A DNA stretch of 64,000 nt from Eledone cirrhosa (lineage: Eukaryota): assembly GCA_964016885.1 (NCBI GenBank), contig OZ024750.1, forward strand, positions 4,030,001-4,094,000. The letters run 5' to 3'. Under the pieces are notes generated by a model. The model saw nothing but the letters and a program-made list of their open reading frames with translations, was not told the DNA's origin and made no database searches. Positions 11,972 through 27,309 of the stretch are shown here, piece by piece. The position numbers and the translations under genes were made by a program. Positions within the stretch are counted from its first letter, which is position 1; every line of letters begins with the position of its first letter.

Positions 11972-12439
11972 GAAGGGGGGGGGGGGGGGGGGGGGCTAGA
12001 CACATTTATCTCAGTTGAGGTGTTGTCATTTTGTGGTCTGGTGTGAGATCTATGGTCTATGGTGTTGTGTGATGTGTGTGTCTATGTATGTATGTATGTG
12101 TGTATGTATGTGCAGTGCCTTTGCTCACTATAAAAGCTTCACGGCACAGGCATTGCTTTATATCTGGAGATCTCTCTGCACTTGTCGTCACACGGTACCA
12201 TGGGCCCTGCACTATGTGTCAATAATTGTCACAGGTGTAGTGTTTGTACCAGAGTTTTCAAGTCGCTGGCTGGACTAAAAAGTCACACTCGTTCAGCGCA
12301 TCGGTAAGGGTTCTCCTACATGGATATAAAGTAATGGCCGTACTCGAAAACGAGTTGGCAGCCACCATGTATGTATATATGTATGTATATGTATATATAT
12401 ATATATTTGTGTTTGTATATATATATATGTGTGTATATA

Positions 12440-12481
<42 letters not shown>

Positions 12482-12513
12482 TATATATATATATATATAT
12501 GTGTGTATATATC

Positions 12514-12545
<32 letters not shown>

Positions 12546-12939
12546 TCTTTATTCTCTCGTTCACGATTCCACCGAATTTATATTCATAGAAATCTGGGAC
12601 TTGTTTCTTCTTCATCACTTTCTGTTGCTTAAACCATTTTGTCTGTTTACCCTAGCGTCCCCTTTATTTACGTGTCCCAACGACTTTTTTTAGCCGTTGC
12701 TCGCACCAACCTGAGGAATATGGCCTTTAATGCGACGAAATGCCTACGACGGTTGGAAGGCCACTGATGAGGACAAACTTTTTCATATATATATATATAT
12801 ATGTGTGTATGCATGTATATATATGTGTATGTATGTGTATATATAAATATATATATATATATAAATATATATATATATCAAGGGCGGTGCCCCAGCATGG
12901 CCTCAGCCGGATGGCTGAAACAGGTAAAAGAGTAAAAGA

Positions 12940-12979
<40 letters not shown>

Positions 12980-13083
12980 TATATACACACACGTATATAT
13001 ACAAAGAGAGAGAGAGAGAGAGAGGGGGGTAGAACACTGGAAGGTAATATCTGTAGTGGTGGAGCACTCAGTCCATGGGACGA

Positions 13084-13197
<114 letters not shown>

Positions 13198-13660
13198 TTT
13201 GTCAATTTGAAGAAAACCTGGCTGCTATTTCTGAAGAAGAGTCAAGCCACGTGCTGGCACGTCATGTTGTTTATTCATTCGCTTGGGTTCTGTCAATTGA
13301 ATCTTATGAAGTGTGTGATTAGATAATTATGTTTACATGTTATTATGGTATACAAACTGCTGTTGTTGTTGTTGTTATTGTAGTTAGTAGTTACAATAAG
13401 TTGGTCATAGGGCAAACCTATGCCTTCGCCTCACAACAATCATGTTTACCTGCGTCACTGAGGGGCTGTGTTTGGGTTTGGGTTAGGGTCGGAGGGGCTG
13501 TGCTTGGGTTGTATGTTGTCAGTACTGGTGTACTATGAAGGACTGTTTATTTACTTTTACTAGCAAAGGTGAACGTAAAAGAACATCCAACAGATGAAAT
13601 GATACACTGTAGTTTGTGTTTCTGTTTGATTTTACTCACAAATTAAATTGCCTTGAGTGT

Positions 13661-13726
<66 letters not shown>

Positions 13727-13891
13727 AGATATGTGTGTATGTATGTGTGTGTGTGTGTGTAGATATGTGTGTGTGTGTGTAGATATGTGTGTATGTATGC
13801 ATATGTATGTATATGTATGTATGTATGTATATATATATAGGTATGTATATATTATGTTATGGCCATACTCGTTAACGAGGGGGCAGCCATC

Positions 13892-13922
<31 letters not shown>

Positions 13923-13927
13923 ATATA

Positions 13928-13971
<44 letters not shown>

Positions 13972-14082
13972 TAAACAAATAATGAATAAAACAATGAAAC
14001 AGTTCCTTATATTAAACAAAAAAAGTTCATTATTTAACGATCGTTTCGGACACTACCGTAAACTCTTGGTAGATTTATCTAC

Positions 14083-14144
<62 letters not shown>

Positions 14145-14493
14145 GTGTGTGTGTGTAGATATGTATGTATGCATATGTATATATGTAAGTATGTAAAAGG
14201 TAAACAAATATTTGCATGTATATGTATATATGTATGTATACGTATATTTGTATTATACGTATATATATATATATACACATACATACCACGCTGACGCAGC
14301 TCATACCTAGTTTGCACAAGTAGTTGTATTACTTATGTCTCTCTCTCTTTCTCTCTCCCTCTCCATCCCCCCCTATCCCCCCCTACCCCCCCCCCCCCCT
14401 CTCTCCAAGGCCAAAATCTCGTCGGTTAACGAACTGATGATGATATAATGTCTAGCAATTTATTTATTTACTTATAATTCTTACTCTTTATTA

Positions 14494-14617
14494 TTCTGAG
14501 TTCAAATCCCGCCGAGGTTAACTTTGCCTTTCATCCTTACGGGGTCGATAAAATAAAGTACCAGTTATGTACTGGGGTAATTGCTGGCCTTGTGCCTAAA
14601 GTAGAAACAATTATTAT
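14494..14617 (+). mobile_element. SINE S1, 5'-truncated copy
   Basis: B box through tail. Confidence 0.85.
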
Positions 14618-14661
14618 TACTTAATTTTGTTTTCTGTGTTATTTCTGCCCCTCCACCTCCA

Positions 14662-14739
<78 letters not shown>

Positions 14740-14799
14740 GTGTGTGTGTGTGTGTGTGTAATATGTTTGTGTTTGCTTCATTGTTTTACCTTGTACGAA

Positions 14800-14882
14800 G
14801 TAAACACGATTCATTCATAGGTACGGTGAGTGTGTAAACACGAGTTGTTCATAAACACCGACCTGTCAACACACGTGTTTAC
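14800..14882. promoter_or_regulatory. Forkhead (FoxO-type) motif cluster with E-box/HRE
   Basis: GTAAACA at 14800 and 14834, ATAAACA at 14851, GTCAACA at 14865, TGTTTAC at 14876, CACGTG at 14872, all in non-repeat sequence upstream of the BNIP3 exons. Confidence 0.45.
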
Positions 14883-15871
14883 ACACCAACACTTCTACTA
14901 CACACTACTACTACTACTACTACTACTACACACTACACTACCACCACCACCACTACTACTACTACTACAAACTAGTGTAGTCAACTAAATCTACAACCAA
15001 GTACCCCCTCCCCGACATATATATACGTGTAACATGTATATGATGATGATGGTGATGGTGGTGGTGGTGGTGACGACGATGTAGGTGGTGGTGGTGGTGG
15101 TGGTGGTGGGGATGCCTGTAGTGTAGTTTTAAAACTAAATCTCCTTTACTGTTATCATTACAATATTTTTCTATTATTTCTATTCCATCAACTGACCTTG
15201 ACCTTTCTCTTATTCTAGATAATAGAAAACCTTATTTTGTTTAGATTCATTCTCTGATCGGAAATCTGTTTAGTAAGGAGTAGCAGGGTGTGTCGGGTAG
15301 ATAAGTCTTTGTTTTGTTTCCTTTCTACCTCTGTATTTGTTGTTGTTGTTGTTGTTAGTTTGTCTTTGCTCAGTTTTATCTGTGTTAATTGTAAGATATT
15401 TGGAAAAGAGAGAGAGAAGGTAAGGGGGAGAGAGAGAGAGAGAATGGGAGAAATAATGAGAGAGAGAAAGAGAGGGGGGGGATAATAAACGAGAGAGGTA
15501 AAAAAGAGATCAGAGAGAGAGGAAGAGAGAATTAGAAAGAAAGAGATCGGGGTCAGAGAGAAAGAGAGAGAGAAAAAAGAGAAAGAGATTAGGAAGAGAG
15601 AGAGAGGGGGGGGGGGGGATAATAAACGAGAGAGGTAAAAAAGAGATCAGAGAGGAAGAGAGAATTAGAAAGAGAGAAAGATCAGGGTGAGAGAGAGAAA
15701 AAAATGCGAAAGAGAGAGGGAGGGAACAGGTGCTTGTTTGGTTGTTTTGTTTCTTTTTTTACGCTTTAATTTGTATATTTTATTATTTATATTTTATGTG
15801 TATCTTCTTTATAATATAAAAGTTCCCTAGCAATAATTATTGATTTTATATATATATATATTTTTTTAATT

Positions 15872-16070
15872 TTTTAATATAGATGAGATTCTACAGGACT
15901 AGAACTGTTTCATTCTTGAGAAATCATCAGAATTCCTTATGATTTCTCAAGAATGAAACAGTTCTAGTCCTGTAGAATCTCATCTATATTAAAACTTTTA
16001 TACTCTGCTATGTATTGAGTACACCTTACTTACTGTGGTTACCTCCGATTCAACTCGGAATATCTTACCT
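15872..16070. mobile_element. Family H2 element with ~56-bp-arm palindrome
   Basis: 15872-15927 is the reverse complement of 15939-15994; TCATCAG (minus-strand CTGATGA) at 15924-15930; flanked by (TA)n. Confidence 0.7.
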
Positions 16071-16311
16071 ATATATATATATATATATAAATCAGGAAAG
16101 AAGAGTCACACGGTTATATATATATATTTCCATCTGATATAAATCATGTACTATATGTATATATATATACAATGGCAACATTGAGGACCGAGTAAGTTAG
16201 ATCACAGATATATATATATAAAAGACAGCGAGAAGCGAAAACCAACCAAACAGTGAGTGTGTTCTGTTATTAATTCTGGCAATATTACGCAAATATGACC
16301 CTCCCCAAATA

Positions 16312-16358
<47 letters not shown>

Positions 16359-16464
16359 GTACATACATATATTATATGTACGTGTACATACTTATATTTA
16401 AGTAACAGCCGTACTAAGAGTGGGAAATGAAATTTCGTTTCATTTTTTCCGTTTATATATATGT

Positions 16465-16511
<47 letters not shown>

Positions 16512-16597
16512 GGGTCTCCCCCAAAAATGTATACACACTTCAATAGCATTCTAATAAATATATGTATACATTTTTTTGGAGACATGCAATTAAAAAT

Positions 16598-16672
<75 letters not shown>

Positions 16673-17040
16673 ATTGCGTATCAACTTGTATGCTAGACAC
16701 TTTATTAACGAAGGTAATTCAAGAAAGCTAGTGTAAAGTAAAAAAGATATCTTTAGCAGGATTTTGCTTACGTATTTCCTTTGATTCTGAAGAATGAATG
16801 AATGGTATCTGGGAGGGAGGATGAAATTGTTGATCTCTGTAACAATCTACCTTAAAGAAGAACGAACACTTTTCTTTTTCTTTCTTTTCTTTCATGCTTT
16901 CCTGGTTTCATCGATTTTTTTTTTCGTCTTTCATTCGAGGTTTCATTTCTTTCTTTCATTCAATTTTTTTCTTTCTTTCGTTTTTTTTTTGTCTTCAGAA
17001 AATGTTTATTAACGTGTTGCGTGTTTAACCTAGTTGCAGA

Positions 17041-17092
<52 letters not shown>

Positions 17093-18068
17093 ACCTGATT
17101 AGTTCTATCGTTGCTTTGGTATGTATTGTGTGTTAGTTTAGCCTACCACAATGTTCGATTTGTCAAGCTATTGAAACGTATGTTATTACTCTAAGGCCCT
17201 ACCTTATCGAGTGCTTTGCTAACTCATCACTTCATATAAGTAGGCCGAATTAACCTGCAAACCGCCAGAGATTCGATTTTACTGATTTCCAATTATATAT
17301 ATAAATGAAGTAATTCCGTCGGAAAAGTCCAAGAGTACTCTATGTAGGTAATCCTGACCAGGATTTTTTCATTCTGAGGATTGAAAGCAAAATCTTTTGC
17401 TTTTAAGAAACCACTGGTAAATGGAATAATTGCCTTATGTTGTTTATTACATAACTATACATATATATATACATAACAAAGAAAGTGTGGTAAGAAACCA
17501 GGTGGACCATAACGCACCAGAGTACTCGATACTTAGGGTAGTAGAGTGGGTAATAGGAAAAGAGTCAGGACCCCGACGGCTATACATACATATATAGAGA
17601 TAAAGATATATATACATACAAACACTTCTGTAGAATATGTTGGCTGTTTAAATGAGTCTTTAAGAAGTTCGTTAGCTGCTCTGACGTAATTACTCACTTC
17701 GCTACTAGACATTTTTTTAATAGATTTTGTATTGAACTAACCGAGAAATTATAGAAATAAGCTAATTTTATTTCTTTAATTTTAATCCTTCTTATAAAAC
17801 TCTTTTTATTAGAAATTTCGATCTTTTTTTTTATTTTTAAATAAATTCCTATTGAAAATGTATTAAAATTGATAGTTATTTCCAATATTGATATAAGATA
17901 ACGAGGTCACATTTGATCAACCCACGTTTTTTACTGGTATCCAAAGTAGGGTAAGTGAGATACGAACTCGTAAAAGCACCTGAAATACCACAACGCAGTA
18001 AGTTCGATTCTACTTGTTCTGATCTAAATTATCAAACAACTTAATAGATAATCGATAAACAGTTGCTT

Positions 18069-18119
<51 letters not shown>

Positions 18120-18123
18120 TCTT

Positions 18124-18157
<34 letters not shown>

Positions 18158-18158
18158 C

Positions 18159-18208
<50 letters not shown>

Positions 18209-18649
18209 CCCCCCTCTCTCTCCTCAGTCCCCCATTCTTTCCAGATGCTTCTGTTTTTGTTAATGGCCCCATGTCTAAAAGCTAGGGTTTTGTTGTTGAG
18301 CTCCGATGTTTCAGAATAGATTTCTGTTTTAATACGTCGATATTTTTAGCAGAATAACTTTCATTCAGCCAAGTCTTATCGAAGGCTTCGGATATTTGGA
18401 GAAGGCAAAATCCGTAGAGCTCAGTTTACACGGGGAATATATATACATAATCTTTTCCTGAGTCACAACCATTTCGTTGCTATGGCAATGCGGCTGGACT
18501 GCCGATCGCTATATTTGATTTGCAAAGCTGTCTAAACATATTGTTATTACTCTGGGGTACTATTCCCTGTCGAGTGCTAAAGCTACATAAAGAATTTGCA
18601 CTCGTTAGCTTGGCCGCAACCTAAAGCTTCGTTGATGCTGTACTAAAAT

Positions 18650-19399
<750 letters not shown>

Positions 19400-19499
19400 C
19401 AGGGTGTCCCAAAAATATATATACACACTTTGATTACCTGTACAGGCAATATTTATTAGAATGCTGTTGAAGTGTGTATACATTTTTGGGGACACCCTG
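19400..19499. mobile_element. Tc1/mariner-type MITE (~100 bp)
   Basis: TIR CAGGGTGTCCC-AAAA / TTTTGGGGACACCCTG within (TA)n. Relatives at ~1960-2062, 16510-16586, 32555-32640 and 47003-47105. Confidence 0.8.
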
Positions 19500-22400
19500 T
19501 GTATATACATACATGCGCATGGCCATACACAGACACATACATACATACATACATACATACATACATGGTGGCTGCCAACTCGTTTTCGAGTACGGCCACT
19601 ACTTTATATCCATGTAGGAGAACCCCCACCGATGCACTGAACGAGTGTGACTTTTTAGTCCAGCCAGCGACTTGAAAACTCTGGTATAAACACTACACTT
19701 GTGACAATTATTGACACATAGTGCTGGGCCCATGGTACCATGTGACGACAAGTGCAGAGAGATCTCCAGATACAAAGCAATGCCTGTGCCGTGAAGCTTT
19801 TATAGTGAGCAAAGGCACTGCACAAAGCCAGTCCCACTCTCTTAACCAAGATGATATTTACCAAAAAGAAGAACAAGTCAACATCATTGGATACCATCAG
19901 GGTTGCAGGTGTTATATCAGAGTTTTCCTTCTCCTAGAATTCTGGCTTGACAAAGGCTAAGGGGTCATCTCTCCCGATGATTTTGGATGGCCATTGACTC
20001 TTAAGAGCTCCTTTTCCCTTTGACAGGCTTTGTTTTTAGTCCTGCAGGATGTCCAAAGTCACCCTCCTCACCAAGAAACCTTGGTGGGGTTGCCAGTTTA
20101 GTCGCCAACGACCCGACCATGAGACAGGTTGTACTGTGATACATGTTACCAGTAGCACCAACTGGTGACCTGACATACATACATATATACATACATATAT
20201 ATATATACATACATACATATATACACATAAACACACATGTACATACATATATAGACGTACACGCACGCGGGTCAAATTAACCTTTGTGGGGGTCTAAGCC
20301 CTTAAAAAATTATGGTGTGACCCCCTCCCCCGTATATAAAGTCTGTTTTGAATGAGAAATACATTGAATTTGTATAAAACGGTAACCCTCTGCCCTTGAT
20401 GACCTCAGCTTAGTAAATACATACAGGTGGGATTAATCTGGTCAAATCTAATCACCCCACCAATGGAGATCAGGTAAAGCTAGGGCTTAGCACTGCGGTA
20501 GGGATTTTACATACCTCTATACCTACTCTGCATCTCCCCATGTATTGAGTACTCTTGTGATTAGTGGTCTCCCTAGTACCAGCACTGCAGTCTCTCTCTC
20601 TCTCCCTCTGTCTGTATATATATATATATGTATGTATGTATGTATATATATATATATGTATGTATGTATATATATATATATGTATGTATGTATGTATATA
20701 TATATACACACACAATTATGTTAATTGTGGTTAACTTAAGGCATTACAGTTAATTAATTATTTATGCCAGCTAAATCATCAGTAGAAGTAGTGTGGTTTA
20801 ATACAACTTAAGACTAAAGGATACACAATCCTATTAACTGTTGCTGAGTGGTGGTAGTAGGTGGTAGTAGGAAGTGAGTGGTGGTAGTAGGAGTAAGTAT
20901 GTGGGTGGCTGAAAGGTTCATAGGCTGACCAAGATACTCTCATGGAATGACCAAATGAGGTTTATCCCAGTTTCATTGGCATTAAGCGACGGATTCCATC
21001 ATTACAACTGAGTGGACTGGAGCAATGTGAAATAAAGGGTTTTGCTCAAGACCTGGTCCAAGGATCAAACCTTCAAAATTACAATCACAAGTCCAATATC
21101 TTACCAACTAAACCACAGTTTAGATGGTTCCTAGATCCAATAGTAAAGTTATATATATCTATTGTAAGCAGGAAGACTTCTTGTTTAGTCAACAGTATGT
21201 TTTATTGGGCACCTGCACTGATCTATTTAAGATGCTTTGGGGACCTTATGTACGAGGAAGTAACATAGCAAACAGTAGAATGTAAGGTGTGTGTCAAATA
21301 TACAAGTGGCCCGACATGGACTGGTGGGCATACAACCAGCCTAGATAGGTTGGCAACAGCATGCTGTGGCTTTGTCCAGTTGTGAATTGACAATGGCTGA
21401 ATGAAAATGATATTACTGGGTGGGATTGGGTTTTAATCATGGTTTATTCTTCCTACTCTTTGGGGTTCGTCTTTAACCAATTCATATCCTTGGCCTGCTC
21501 GTTTCTTAGTCTTTGACTATTCCATTAAATGGTGAAGGTGCATGTCTTAGTGGTTAGAGCATTGGGCTTGCAATCGAAAGGTTGTGAGGTCAATTCTCGG
21601 ACCGGGTAATGTGTTGTTTCCTTGAGCAAGACACTTTATTTCACATTGCTCCAGTTTACTCAGCTGTAGAAATGAGATCATAGGACTGGGATCCCTATCA
21701 TTAAATTACCCAAGATACCTCCAATGAGATATACCTTGGAGGAGGCCAGCTAAACCTGCATAGGTGTGAGCTGTCACCTCACCTCACCATACCATTAAAT
21801 AAACAATGTAGAAAATATGTCATTGTGATTAACTTCATTTTTTGTGTAGTTTTGCTTTTTGGGTTGAGTTTGTCTGCATTACAGTAGCTTTTTGAAATTC
21901 AATCTAATACTATCTCATCTATGAAGCCCTACGGGCAAAACCAACTGGCAGGAGGCCCAGGGTTAGACCCACCCCGAGCAAGATGGTTGGATAACATCCA
22001 TGAGCTTGGTTGGTCTCACTTGGGAATCCAACCGGATCAGTTGGAGATGGTTGCTTCTGACAGGACCCACTGGAAGGAGTGTTTGAGGATCCTGCCCTCA
22101 CGACCCTCTCAGGAATAAGTGGGCGAAGAAATTCTGAAATCTTTTCCTAAACACTTCAACCTAAATCCTCTCTAATGTTTTATATTCAAATCTTCTTCTG
22201 TACTGTCCATCTATTTCTAATAAACAAGCAATTAATTCTACATATCTCATTCAGTTGTTGGAAGTATTTTTAGGATTTATGCTTACCCAGATCAGTAGCA
22301 ATAAAACACTTCAATGTCATCTTTTGTCAGAAATCTTATAGATGCTTCATCCACAGAATCTATTAATTCAGGGATATATATTACACAGCTAGTAAATAAA

Positions 22401-23525
22401 TTTATTATAACTGAGTTTTTCTCTTCAGTCGAAACATAAATATCTTTGTTCTCATTAGGATATAAACCAACTCTAAATACCTGTATGTTTATTCAAACAT
22501 GAACTAAAAGCTATTTCTTCTCCTAAAATCTAAAATGTATATGGATCTATAATAGGGCTAGTGCTAAACTTAAATCTTCATAGCAGTAAAACAGATGAGA
22601 AATAAATTATGTTCCTCTATATAGGAAATTAGTTTAGTGTAGATAGCTTTTTCCCATTGGAAGAATTAGCTTAAGAGCTAATTCTTTTCTGAATTACAAG
22701 ATTTTAGATTGTCAATGCATTGCAGCTAGTATTTCCCTTGAGAGGTATTGAACTTGACACTACAGAAGTTGCTTGGTGTAACAGGAATGATAGAAATTTG
22801 GTGTATTGCAAGCTAGTATTTCTCTTGAGAGGTATTGAACTTGACACTACAGAAATTGTTTGGTGTAATAGAAGTGATAGATAAAAAAAAAATGGGGAAA
22901 AAATTCTTCAATACCAACTTCATAATTATCACTAGAAATAAAGCCAAACTTGGTGAAACAGTTAACTGGTTACAACCTAAGCGAACAACACAATTTTCTC
23001 TATCTTATTCACTTTCATAGAAAGGCCAAAGGCCTGAAGCATTAATTTTTCACTCTTCATGACAGTTGACCTTATCAAAACTCTTCTATAAAAGAAATAT
23101 CTTTGAACTACAAATGATTGCTAAATGTGAGTTAGTTTTAATAAATCAATACTTACTCTTACATCTGTACGACTGATAGTGATAATTTAAGAACTAGACA
23201 TAGCTAGATAAACAATATGAACAAAGAACAAAGAAATGAATGTCACGTTTTTCTTTGTTCAGTATGTTTTTTAGTCATTTCTGTTTAGTATTGTTGTTTT
23301 GTTGTTGTTACTATAGATATAATCATCAGCCTTTTTCAAAACAGTGTTACATAATGTTTTGTGTTTGTGAATGAAGCATATCAGATCCATACTAAGCATT
23401 AAACAATATAAGCTTAGGGCACCAAGGAAAGATACACCTCCATATAGAATATTTGGTGACTATTTCTTTGTTTGTTTAATAAAGAATAAATATTAGATAT
23501 AGTACAATATATATATATACTAAAC

Positions 23526-23557
<32 letters not shown>

Positions 23558-23559
23558 TG

Positions 23560-23783
23560 CAAAGTGGACGTGTAGGCGCCATGGAAAAAAAGCACCCAGC
23601 ATTCACTGTAAATGAGGTTGGTGTTAGGAAGGGCATCCAGCTGTAGAAATCAAGCCAGAATCAGTTCCCGTATGAGCAAGACAAGGTCAGCCGACCGGAC
23701 ACTGCCCACAACAGGACAACCCGTCTAACCCATGCTAGTGTGGAAGAATGGACGTAAAATGGTGTTGATAATGATGATGATGA
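23560..23783 (+). mobile_element. Retroposon family S3 with (ATG)n tail
   Basis: GTTGGTGTTAGGAAGGGCATCCAGC..AACCCATGC..GGACGT..(GAT)n. Copies at 27600-27812, 33705-34268, 58115-58400 (+) and 32826-33090, 34525-34790, 35076-35345, 39938-40380 (-). Confidence 0.8.
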
Positions 23784-23883
23784 TATATTTCTTTGTTAAA
23801 GTAATAAAGAACAAATAATAGACATAATACAATATATATATATGTATATATATATATATAGTAATAATAATAATAATAATAAT

Positions 23884-23934
23884 AGTTTCAGAAGATCCCG
23901 TTAAGGGTGAAAGCAGCGATTCTTTGCTTAAACT
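23884..23934 (+). ncRNA. Second copy of the CAGAAGA-core hammerhead-like element
   Basis: Near-identical to 4783-4833; the single difference is in loop III. Followed by (TA)n. Confidence 0.5.
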
Positions 23935-23950
23935 TTAATCTGTTATTTTA

Positions 23951-24037
<87 letters not shown>

Positions 24038-24275
24038 AACATATATGAATATATAAACTGAACTTGACATGGATCTTTCATTGAAAGTATGTAAATTATT
24101 AAAAACATCTCATTAATACAAATGAAATATGAAACATATTTTTTGTTAGTAGAATGTATGGAAGACAATGAAAGACAATACTTCCAGAACTGGTTTGATT
24201 GGATGAAATAAATGAAAGATTTCTGTCATATGTGCAAAGTGAGAAATTTGGGCAGAGAAATGTTGCCAGTGATTG

Positions 24276-24311
<36 letters not shown>

Positions 24312-24710
24312 TTTACGTCAGCTTTTCCCTGCTTGCAAGGGTGAGATGGGTCCTATTCATCACAGCATCTCTCCACTTGTCTCGGTCCTTCGTCATCTCC
24401 TCCATGAACTTCAGCGATCTGAGGAGATGATGAATATTGACAAAGGAACCTCTAAAATGTCCCTTGACCAACTAGAAATATCATCCAATTCTTTCTCAAA
24501 TCACACTGACCATCCTAAAACTAAAAGTATGTAAACATTGTGACATTATGTTTCATAGCTGGAATGTTTTCAGTCATACATCTGTCCAATCTGAGCTGAC
24601 TTAGGGCTAAACAACTGGTATTTAATTTATCAACACTGGAACGATGAAAGGTTAAGTTGACTTTGGCTGAATTTAAACTCAGAATGTTTATAAATGAACA
24701 GAAGTAAATA

Positions 24711-25045
24711 ATGGTTTCTGATTTAGACACAAGGCCAACACATTTGAGGGGAGGGAAAATTTGATGAAATTAACCTTAATGCATTACTGGTACTTTATTT
24801 TATTGATCCCATAAGGATGACAGGCAAAGCTAACCTCACTGAGATTTGAACTCAGAATGTCAAGGGACATAATTCTATGCCATAAAGCATGTTAACTGAC
24901 GCTCTACCAATACTGCCAATAATGGTTTCTAATTTAGGTACAAGGCCAACAATTTTGGGGCAGGAGAAAGTTGATTAAATCGACCCCAGTTCATTACTAG
25001 TACTTGATTTTATCAACTTTATAAGGATGAAAGGCAAAGCTGTAC
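24711..25045 (-). mobile_element. Two decayed SINE S1 copies
   Basis: Reverse-complement core CTGGTACTTTATTTTAT..AAGGATGA with CpG decay. Confidence 0.8.
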
Positions 25046-25498
25046 TGGGTGCATTTTACTTGTATACTTAATAGTAGTCAGAAGCACTTGTTAATCCCAG
25101 TTAACAACCTGATATTGATCTCTATTGGCAAATCAATACTGAACTCATATTACTGATGTCTTTGGGAAAGGCACAAATATCACAATTTTTCATTTCCATT
25201 GTCTTGGTTGTAGTCGTTTAACCCTAGGTCAGCCTTGATCAAACCAATTAAGTCATGACTAGGCCATTTCTTTTCAGGCAGCCAACCTCAATGGGAGTTC
25301 AATGCTCTACCAATACTGCCAATAGAAATACAATAATGAAAGGGTTAAACTGACTTCAGACTATATTTTAGCTCTTAAAAATTTGGCCTTGTATAAATAT
25401 TCAGAGATTCAGGGATATAACTTCTGTTACAAGCCATCATGGATGAACATGGATGAAAAATGTAGTCTACTATGTTAGCATCATATTATATATATAAG

Positions 25499-25685
25499 GG
25501 CGGTGGATTGGCAGTATCGGTAGAGGGTCGGACGCCATGCTTTGAAGCATAGAGTTACATCCCTTTATGATCTGAGTTCAAATCCCGCCGAGGTTAACTT
25601 TGCCTTTCATCCTTACGGGGTCGATAAAATAAAGTACCAGTAATGTACTGGGTAATTGCTGGCCTTGTGCCTAAAATAGAAACAA

Positions 25686-25690
<5 letters not shown>
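25499..25690 (+). mobile_element. SINE S1, full-length young copy
   Basis: Consensus-like; CpGs intact. Confidence 0.9.
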
Positions 25691-25749
<59 letters not shown>

Positions 25750-25752
<3 letters not shown>

Positions 25753-25927
25753 GGAAGTATGGTAAGGAACCAGGTGGACCATAATGCACCAGAGTACTCG
25801 ATACTTTGGGTAGTGGAGTGGGTAATAGGAAAGGGGCAGAGCTCAAGCCGTTTCGACAGCTATTTCTGGACCAGAAATAGCTGTCAAAACGGCTTGAGCT
25901 CTGCCGTCGGGGTTCTGACTCCTTTCC
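25750..25927. mobile_element. Family H1 palindromic element
   Basis: Palindrome 25835-25905 centred on GACAGCTATTTCT-GGACC-AGAAATAGCTGTC; flanked by (TA)n. Confidence 0.65.
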
Positions 25928-27309
25928 TATATATATATATATATATATGGAGTTTCAGTTCTTCCCCTATCCGAACTTTCCTAATGAAGGACTTCTGTCC
26001 AAAATTTGAAACTTCCTCCCCCAAGCGTGAACCTAATATAACTGTGTACATTTGCCAAATTGTTTAGTCCAACACTCTACGCATTCTGTCATGCACCTAC
26101 CATTTTTACAAAATATATTTTTATATTTATTTATTCATAGAGGGATTTTAATACCAGAAAATATTTTTTACAATAAAAATGCCAAGTGGAAAAATAATCT
26201 TTAGTCAGTTATTTAAAAATTGTTGAAAAAAAATGTTCTATTGTTTTGTTTGTGAGGTCTATTATTTTATTGTGAAGTCTCTGTGAATAGCATTGGTGAC
26301 ATGCAACATTCCATTTCTATCACAAACACACTTTAGAAATTTAGTAAAGATTAAAAAAATATATATCAACAGAGATTTTTTTTTTTTTAAATTGCTAATG
26401 ATAATCATTTATATTAGTTAATTTTTAGTTAAATATGCCTTGCATTATATATGTTAACACTGGCTGTGTGGTTAACAAGTTTGCTTCATGACTACATACA
26501 TGGTGTGGGGGGTCTATCTCACAACCTGGCACCATCTGTGTCTTCTATAATAACCTTAGTTCAACTAATATCTTCGAAATATCGATTAGAATGTTGCTTC
26601 ATGACTATATAAAGGGTTTGGGGTTCTGCCCCTCAGCCTGGCACCTCTGTGTCTTCTACAATAACGTTCAGCTAATATCTTCAAAATATCGACTAGAATT
26701 TCTTTTAATGAAATACTATTTATTTTTCAAGGGTTTTTTTTTTTTCCTAGTCAAACCTACTTGCTATATTAAATGAAACTGTCCACTTTTCATTTACACT
26801 TTCAATAAAATTGTTTATTTGGAACGTGAAACTGGTCAAAAAATGGGACATAGTTTAAATGTTTGTTTAAACCACCTTTTTTTTTCCACTTAAAAAATAA
26901 ATCAAATAAATAGATGAGTAAAATTGGGTTATGTAAATGAGGAAGGATAAAGTGTAGAAGATGATTCTTGCTAAAGTTATTTGGACAAACAGAAATTACT
27001 TTTCAGTTGGATTGATACTGAATACAGAATACAGATGTTTATCTTGAAGAACAACTACTAATATCCCTCTCTGTTGCCTCTCTTTCTCAAGAGATACTTA
27101 CAAATGAAAAACAAGAAAGGTGGGGGTGGTCCTTGAGTTTTTCTATAGACTTGATATATATAGATATAGATAGATAGATAGATACATCTAAAGAAAAAAG
27201 TGAGGAGATCTTAAGTTTTTCTACAGATTTGAGATATATGTGTCATCATCATCATCATCATCATCATTTTTCCATCTGTTTTTCCATGCTTGCATTACAT
27301 ATATATATA

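Noticed and set aside
16172-16197. ATGGCAACATTGAGGACCGA|GTAAGT as BNIP3 exon 1
   Set aside because: Good donor but phase 2, whereas exon A needs phase 1; direct splicing hits a stop.
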